Shown one piece after another: positions 9,701 through 18,700 of a stretch of DNA of 32,000 nt (position 1 is its first letter; the number at the start of each line of letters is the position of its first letter). The notes beneath the pieces are model-generated. The model was not told the DNA's origin. It searched no databases and saw nothing but the letters and a program-made list of their open reading frames with translations. Origin of the DNA: Candidatus Lokiarchaeum ossiferum (GTDB lineage: Archaea > Asgardarchaeota > Lokiarchaeia > Sigyniarchaeales > Promethearchaeaceae); the NCBI GenBank assembly GCA_025839675.1, contig CP104013.1, forward strand, positions 3,660,001 through 3,692,000, in the 5' to 3' direction. The position numbers and the translations under genes were made by a program.

Positions 9701-12700
9701 GGATCTTAGGATTATTGGTGGGGATTCTTGCTCATTTTGTAATTAATAATGTAATTCAATGGGTTAAAAGCAATTATTCGGAAAAAATCCTCCATATTAT
9801 TAATCTTATTGAACGAAGCTTGGTGTTGATTCTTGCTTTTCCTGCTTTATATCTATTTTTTAGTTCTCTCTCTTTCCCTAATGAATCAAACATAGTTTTA
9901 CTCTCATATCTATTTGAATCAAAATTTGTTGTTATTGCATTTTTGTCCCAATTTTTATTCATTATTACCACAGTCCTAAGTATTTCAAGGGGTCTGCATA
10001 AACTTGGTCGTATTAAATCTACGATGCATGAAAACATTTTGATTGCTTCTATTGAATCGTATTTGCTATCCATTGCCTCCATTTTTGCTTCAGGGATACA
10101 TCTTATTTTTAGAGCTGCCTTTAATCATCGATATGCTGAATATATTAACCTGATTTTGTGCTTTGTGGTTTCTACAGCTATTTTAACTGTCATGATTTTC
10201 TCAAACTTCTATAAAAAACGGATTTACGGCGTCCACAACTCAAAATGGAGAGGTTTTTGGACTCTTCAACATCTAATTTCTTGGACCCTTTTCTGGATCG
10301 CTTTATCTTTTGGCTTTGTTTTCTTATCTGAATATTCACTTACAGTCATTGTTGTATCAATTTCTGTTAATTTACTCGCCTTCAATTTTACTCTTTCCAG
10401 CTTTTCAAAACTCTATCCTGAACTTGCCTTAAAATTCCAATCGTTAATTTACGGAATTCAAATCACCATTTTTATCCTAATCGCAGCTTCGGGTGCTGTT
10501 TTATTCTATGATCTCTTCCAATTCATTTTACCCTTGGTCGTTCTTATTGGTTGCAGTTTATTTTTAGTAGAAATTCACGTTGTTCCTTTGTTTTCCAAAG
10601 GTCTCTTCAAGAATCGCAAGCATCTCATGAATAGCATAATTGGAGTAACTAATGTTGGGTTAGCAGTTGTGACTATTCTCCAATATCTTGCAAGATCTGA
10701 TATATATTTATTCGCTATAAATCCATCTGCTACAATTTCTGGGATATTGGGAATTTTTGCTCTTGGATTGATATTTGCGAATTATCAAGTTTTCTTGGGT
10801 AATCGTATATCTCCTGAAACTAAAACAACGAATAATTTTATCCTCGTTAATGGATTTATTTATGCTTCTTACTCTTTGGTGGTGTCTATATTTATCCAAG
10901 TGACCCAAGTAGAGCATTTTTATTTGTTTAAGATTGCGAACTATCTTTTTATTTTCTTCCTTCCCTTAATTCTTCTTTATGGTGTCCTCAGAGTCATGGT
11001 GTATTTTAAAGCCTATGAGAGTTCTCCTAAATTCTTCAAAATTCTCCAATATCAAGAATTTGCCCTCTGGACTGTATCTTCCAATTTACTCTTAGTTTTA
11101 ATATTGGTGTTCTTAGAATTCAATCCTGTGATAAGGGGATATAATGTGGTTTTAATCTGCTATAGTTTAATATATTCCCTCGATATCTTACGAACAATCA
11201 ATCCGCATATTTCCAAACATACAGAGTTTTGGAAAAATATCTTGAAACAAGCATCTATTGTGATTATGGCGTATTCATCTTACATAAATTTCAACCGAGT
11301 ACTTGAATATAGTCCTGAAATATCCTTAATCCTGACCCTCAGCTCCCAACTTTTCTTTATATTTTTATTAAAACCATATCGGAAGTTACTCGCAAAAATA
11401 TTAATTCAACTCACTGCAATGGTTACTTTCATAATTTCGGTATGTGCTGCATTCGAGCTTTATGGTTTAGCGATTCATTTTGGACAATTTAAAGCATCTT
11501 ATACGTGTTTGCTCTTGTTGATACCACTTGTCGGATCTTTTATCACTATTTTAATTCTCTCCAAATTAACTTCCATTAAAAGGATTGCATCTCAGATCCA
11601 TGCTTTGCTTTACAGTCTGGTGATTGTCGATTTAGCGGGTCTAGTATATTTTGCTGCAGTAACTTACTTTTTCCCAATAGATTCCATTTTCTTCGCTTCA
11701 TTAGTCATCCCGGTGTTGTTAATTGTTGATCGCTATACCTTCCGGTTATTAATGACTGATAAATTATTTATTCTTTGCTTAACCATCACTTATTCTATTG
11801 TTTCGAGTTTATTTTCAATAATTCTTGTTAAAAATGTAGTGGATCGTTTGAAATATCAAATTCCTATTGCATTCATCTTAGAAATATTATTCGTTACTGG
11901 TTTATTGATCTATATTGTTTGGCATTATGATAAGAATGAAGAATACGAATTTGTTACCGAATCTGATACACAACCAAATAATGACGATGAAAATGGAGAT
12001 GAATTTGAAATTCCATTCATTCAGGCACGTTCTGAAAATCCTAGTCAGAAGTTGTCTCACTCTATTTTTACTCATCTTTTCCAAATTAAAGTCGCTTTAA
12101 TGATTGTGCTATTCATCAATACTTCTTTGATCGTCATATTCAATTCTCTTGACTCTGAAATTGCCCATACTCCTTTCAATGTCGCTTCCCTCGGAATTTT
12201 AGCTCTCTATGCTCTATCCATGATTCCCAAGCAACAAGTTCAGCTTTTGAAATTTTATATCATTGCCGGATTAACTGTATTCTTAAGTATCCAATCTTAT
12301 TGGTTTGGAACAGGAATACTCTCTTCAATTCTTATTATTAGTAATCTTATCGCAATTAACTGGGTTGTGTCTTCCCGAAAATCTACTTCATTCAATGGAA
12401 AACTGTTACTAAATCTTTTAGTACTTGGGTTGTACTTCTTCAACTTCAAGTCTTTTAACATTGATTTCTTTACATTGAATGGCAATAACATGCTAGAACT
12501 CTCTATTCTCGCCTCTATTATCTGCTATGAGTTGGGAACTACCAAACATTACAAGAATTTAATGTTTAAATCTTTGAAAAATGGAGCCATAGCTTATTTC
12601 ATTTCAATTCTTACCCAATATTTTCTGGAACCTTCCTTTAAAAATGAAGTACTTGTTCCCATACTCGTTCCCATTGCGATTTTTCTAACCATTTTTGCAA

Positions 12701-15700
12701 CATTGGAATGGTTTCTGGTTGAAATTTCATATCCTGGATACAAATCAATTCCCAAATCTATTTGTGGATATGTTTCCCTCATCGGGATATTCTTTGTATA
12801 TAGTCAATTTTACAAAACTTTTTCTACCGTTTTTGGATATATCACCGCTCCCGTTCTACTATTCGTCATCATTGGGGCGATCCTCTTAAAAAATGTCGAT
12901 CGATTACGACATCGGAAAAATTTATTAAATCAGGTTGTTTTAGTTGCCACCTTTGGATTTTTCTTGTTCAGTGGATTAAATTATATTTTCACCAGTTTTG
13001 AAAATCCTCTTATTTTAAGTATCCTATTGAGCACTGCTATTGGGGGATATTTATATACTTTTATGTATAATTGGCTTGAAATAAAGACATCTAAAAACTT
13101 GATCATTACAACCCTGACTTCTGGAGCAGTTTCCGCAGGGGCATTCTTTTATTTCTTTTTAACTGATCTAAAAATATATTTTAAGCCCACTCACTCCTTC
13201 GCGGTTGCAATCGATTTTTGTGTATTAATGTTTTTCATCGCCCTTGGAATTTATTATAAGTCTTTTCAGAAAGTCTGGTCTATTGGAGCTTATGTGTGGA
13301 TAATTGTGCCCATTGCAAACTTCATCATAATATCATATAGTCTTCAAGATATTGACTACATCATTGAGGCGATTCATATTGGTTCAAACTCGGTCAATGG
13401 ATCAATAATTCTTGCCGTAGTTGTTTGTTCGTTGTTGTACTTGCCTGTGTTATTAACGAAGTTGAAAAAACATTTCAACAAAATTATCTATATTTTCTGG
13501 TTGGAAATGTTTATGTGTGCCTATTGGGCCGCTACAAATATATTTCCAAGTGAAACTCTTCTGCAATGGGTTTTTGCAGGTGCAATTGGCCTAATTCTTA
13601 TTCTCCCGATTTTGTATATCTACAAAAAATGGAATTGGATGTCCTTGGCATGGCCTTCGTTATGTGCGACGAATATTGTTTTTATTTCGAACTATTTATC
13701 CTACCTTCCTCCTCACTATTTGATTCCTATTGATGTTCTGATTGGAGGGATTTTCTTACTTTCCTTAGGATATTTCCCAAATATCAAGAAAATTAAATCC
13801 AACTGGCAAAATATCATAATTATTTCCGGATATATGACTATCCTTGGCGGTTTATTTGCATTGATTAATCCTGCCATGATTTTCTTACTTGAAGATAAGA
13901 TCATTTCGGCTGCTGTGACCACACTGATAATGTCTTTTGTCCTTCTTTCTGGTAAACAATTCCGAATTCGAGATGATATTGTAAAACATTTCCATGCTTA
14001 TATCTTGATATTAGACATTGCCGTAATCATCTGGCGTACTTTTTATCTTGTTGGAGTGTCTTTATTATCTCCTGAAGCGATTGTGATAACCCATTTTAGC
14101 GTATTTGGACTTTTATTGGGTTTATCTTTTGCTTTTGGAACCGCTCTTTCCTTCCAAGCCAGAAATTATCTAAAGAAAAGTTATCACTTTGTGCTCTGGT
14201 TTTTCATGGCTTTATTCTTTGGTTTATCGGTATTTCAATTATTGTTAGCTATTTTTGAAGTAGGTCCTTGGGCTTCAACAGGTGTTTTGATTCTGGCCAC
14301 ATCGCTAATATGTTTCAATTTCTTCAAAAAGAAAATTGCTTTATTCAATATGGTGATGCTTTCTGGTACCAGCTTAGTATTAATGAATTGGTTAAGTCAA
14401 ATTGATATTTTCCAAAACTATATTGGCTTGATTTTCATAGATTTGGTGGTATTGCTTGAATTCATTTATCTGTATTTAACACAAGATTCTAAATATCAAC
14501 TAGTTAATCAAACAACACTGAATAAACAATTAGTTGCCAGTGTATGGTTAATCCTTAGTATTGCTTTATCTATCACTACCAGTCTGATATTAACAAGTAT
14601 CCAAGCTGGGGGAGTTCCATCGAAAATACTTCTCGGAATCATTGTTTTCAACTTTCTGAATATTCCAACTTATAATTACATTCAAAAGAATAATCTCTTT
14701 GCCATGTTTACTCGGATGAATGAGATTTTAAAAGGGATCAAAATTTTCCTCTTTCAGAGCATTGTTTTATCGGGCACTCTCTTAATTTCTCTCAATATTC
14801 CCTTTTTGATTCAACCGAATACAAGTCATGCACTTTTCCAAACCTTCCTTCATCATACTGGGCTATTCCTCCTGCTTCAATTCATCTATTACGAGTTTGT
14901 TGAAAAATATTGGGTTCATTTAATTCCTGAAAAAATCCGGCTGCAAGTGAGTTCGGGGATCTTCTTGATATTCTCCTTAAGTTTTTATGGTAACTTGTTA
15001 TATATTCCCGATTCTTGGCAACTATCAACAATTATTCTAGGAATTTTATCCTTTTACACCATTGAACTAAATGTTAAAGCTAAGAATATTCAAAATTCAA
15101 AAGTTTTCCGGGTTGTTGTTCTTTCTGCTATGAATATATGTCTCTTTTTCATGCTGTGGGATCCTTTAATGATCGGATATTGGCTATCCAGAGGCAGATT
15201 TGAGTCACTTTCGCTCAGTTTATTTATTATTGCACTCATTTATTTTGTGGGAATGAAAATACACTTCATTTCTTCTAAGTTCGTTATTCCTGCATATGTC
15301 GTTACCAACTCACTCTTTGGGATATTTGTCGAAGAAATCCTTCGAAATGTTAGTAAAGCCTCGATATTTACAATATTGGGTACATTTTTCATTATTCTCT
15401 GCCTTTCAAATTTCTTCTTAATTAAAAATCCGAAATCAGTGCATCTATATTGGTTAGTTGCCAGTTTTGCCATTACTTGTCTAATTCATGGAGGAATACA
15501 AAATTATCTAATGTCTGATTTTGGAAAGAGTCTATTTTTCTTCTGCACTCTAGGGACTATTTTGACTGTTATTTATTATATTTTAGCTTCACAATCCCAT
15601 ACTCCCGCTTCTTTATCAAATCTTGATATTGGGGATCAACAGGTTTCAAAATCAGAAAAAAGCCTTACTGCTTCGAATTTATTAAGGATTCCAATGAAAA

Positions 15701-18700
15701 ACCGTTCGCAATTGTGGTTTATCAACACCTATCTTATTAGTTCTTTTTTAATCTCAATCGGGATAAATCAAGGCTGGTATTCTTTACTCACGAAACAATT
15801 AATTGAGCTCAGTCCATTATCAAGTTTCAGTTCCTTCATTTTATACAGCTGTAGCGCGATGATTGGATTTCTTCTTGGTTTAATCCTAATAGCTCAATAT
15901 ATTGAAAATGAAGATCAAAAATCTCAGAAACACCTTCAAGCTCTATCAACTAAAAGTAATCAAATTGCTATCCGTTATGGTGTTACCTTCGTTACGGCTT
16001 TAACAATCTTTATTGATTTATGGTTCATTTTAGACATTTGGACCTCCATTCTCGATAGAAATTTCGATTTACTTACATTAAATTTGGTAATTGCCTTAGT
16101 ACTTGTTTATCTTTGTATGCGGTTGAAATTTATTCCTAAGAAAGGAACGGCTCTAGTTACCTTAATTATTTCAATCCTTATTTCCTTGTATATTGAAGAA
16201 CTTGTCCGTATTAATCTTTCGATAGGTCCAATCTTTAATAGTTCTATTTTTAAATTCCTGTTCAATAGCTCCGTTTTCATTGTCCTTTTTATCCTGTTTA
16301 ATTGGCAAAAAACATATAATTCCATTTTGGCTTATACGTTCTGGAGTTTGATGTCATATTCACTCACTACGTTCATCAATACTTTGATTCGCTTAGTTTT
16401 ACCTTCAAGTTTTTCACCCTTCAATGAAATAGTGGTGTTTTCATTCATTTTTAGTATCCTTACAACGATAATATTTGGTCGCTTAGCGATTCCGAGAAAT
16501 GATAAATTGGATGTGTCTTCCCCTTCAAATTCTCTCCCAGATGGAGATCTAAACACATCCACTGAAAATGATAGACAGAAAATCCCAACTCGTACCTACT
16601 TAAAATATGGACATCCAGATCAACGGATTTCACAACACATTTTCGTTTATTGGGTGGTATTAATTGCGAATCTCGTCATCAGTTTTACCTTAGCTTATGC
16701 ATGGAATCAATTAACTCTAACGAAAATGTTTTATTATGAAGCGTTAAGCGGGTTTATGAATTTTATTATCAGTTTTACCTTAGCTTTTGCAATTTTTGCA
16801 GGTATTTTCCGCTTAGTTATAAAATATACTCGCAAAAACTCAATATCTTTCTCCAACCGTTTTGAAACAATAAACAATCCTGTTCTAGATGTAATTCTGG
16901 GGTATTTGGGCACTCTGTGCTTTAATATTACACTTTTCATTCATCTTTGGTACCAATTTGATACTGCTCTATCTTTAGAACAATTGAATTTCATGAGTTT
17001 ATTGCTTAATGTCACTATAAACACAATGATTGTCTCTTTGTTGATGAAATTCGCAGTAATCAAACCTTTCAAGCCAGACTTTTTTAGTTTTATTAATTCC
17101 ATTGTGTTTTCTCTATTGATTGAAGAATTAATTCGTATGGTATTTGCGGATACTCTGTTTAATATTTCCGTCTTCCTCTTTTTATTCACGGTAATCAATT
17201 GGCGAAAAACTTACAATTCAGTTCTTGCTTATATTTTCTGGTCGGTGCTCTCATTCTCATTCTCTTCATTCCTCTATACATTTATCCGTCTTGCATTACC
17301 TGAAAGCTTCTCACCCTTCAATGAAGTGGTTGTTTATTCATTCATTATTTGTATCTTCACTTCAGTTATATATGGACGTATGGCAAACCATCCGGTTGAT
17401 AATCCCGATGTTCCGTATATGATAGGCCCCACTATGGAAGAAAAAACACCTCAGTTCTCCGAAAATAACAATCAGAAAGTCCCTAGTATTATATTCTTAA
17501 AATATGGTCATCCTGATCAACAGATTTCAAAACGACGTTTTGTTTATTGGACTCTATTCGCAAATTTCATAGTTAGCAGTATTTTAGCTTATGCCTGGAA
17601 TCGATTAATACTCACCAATTTATCATTTTACGAAGATTTACCCTTGTTTATGGAAGTACTAACATGTTTAACTCTTGCTTTTGCGATCTATGCAGGGATA
17701 ACTCGGTTAATTCTGAAATATAATCGAAAAGAATCGGTTATTTTTGCAAATATTTTTGAAAACATGAACAAACCATTAGTAGACATTGTTTACGGATATG
17801 TAGGAACTTTTGCAATGAACGTTACTTTATTTATCCACTTATGGTACTTGTTTAACACTGCTTTTTCACTCGAAAACTCCAATTATACAAGTTTATTATT
17901 CAATCTTTCAATTAACACACTAATTGTATCTCTTTTGATGAAAAATGCCATAATCAAACCATTCAAGCCAGCAGCATTTAGTTTCATTAACTCAATTGTA
18001 TTTTCACTATTCATTGAAGAACTAATTCGCACGAATTTAGAAACCGAACTTCTTCTCAATATTTCAATCTTCGTGATTTTGTTCACGGTAATTAATTGGA
18101 GAAAAACTTACAATACTATACTTGCCTATGGATTTTGGACTGCAATCTCCTTTTCTCTCTCCACTTTTCTGTATGAACTGCTTAATTTAACATTTCCCGC
18201 ATCCTATACAAGATTTAATAAAGTGCTTGTGTTTGCATTCATTTTCTGTTTAATCACCACTTTCTTATTTGGAAGCCTCGCAAATCGCTTTGTTGATCGA
18301 TTGAATTTCAAGGTCCTTTCAGTTTCTGATTCTGAAGATGAAAACAAGCTTGCTTTAACAACTACTTCCAATCCTAACAAGGAAATTCTTTTATTGAAAT
18401 ACGGTCATTCAAATCAATTGATAGCGCAGCGTATTTTTGTATATTGGTTACTGTTGGCGAGTGTGATTAATACATTTATTTTGACCTATGGTTGGAATCA
18501 AGGAATTCTATCTCAACTTTCCCTTTTTAGTGATGTGGGTGGATTTATGAATTTTGTAATGAATTTCTCTCTAGCATCTGCTATTCTAATGGGATTTTTA
18601 CGCTTGATTATCCAATATAACCAGAAGATGGAAATAACTCTTAATCGAAACTGGAATAAATTGAATTCACCTATTACGGATGAATTATTGGGATATTTAG

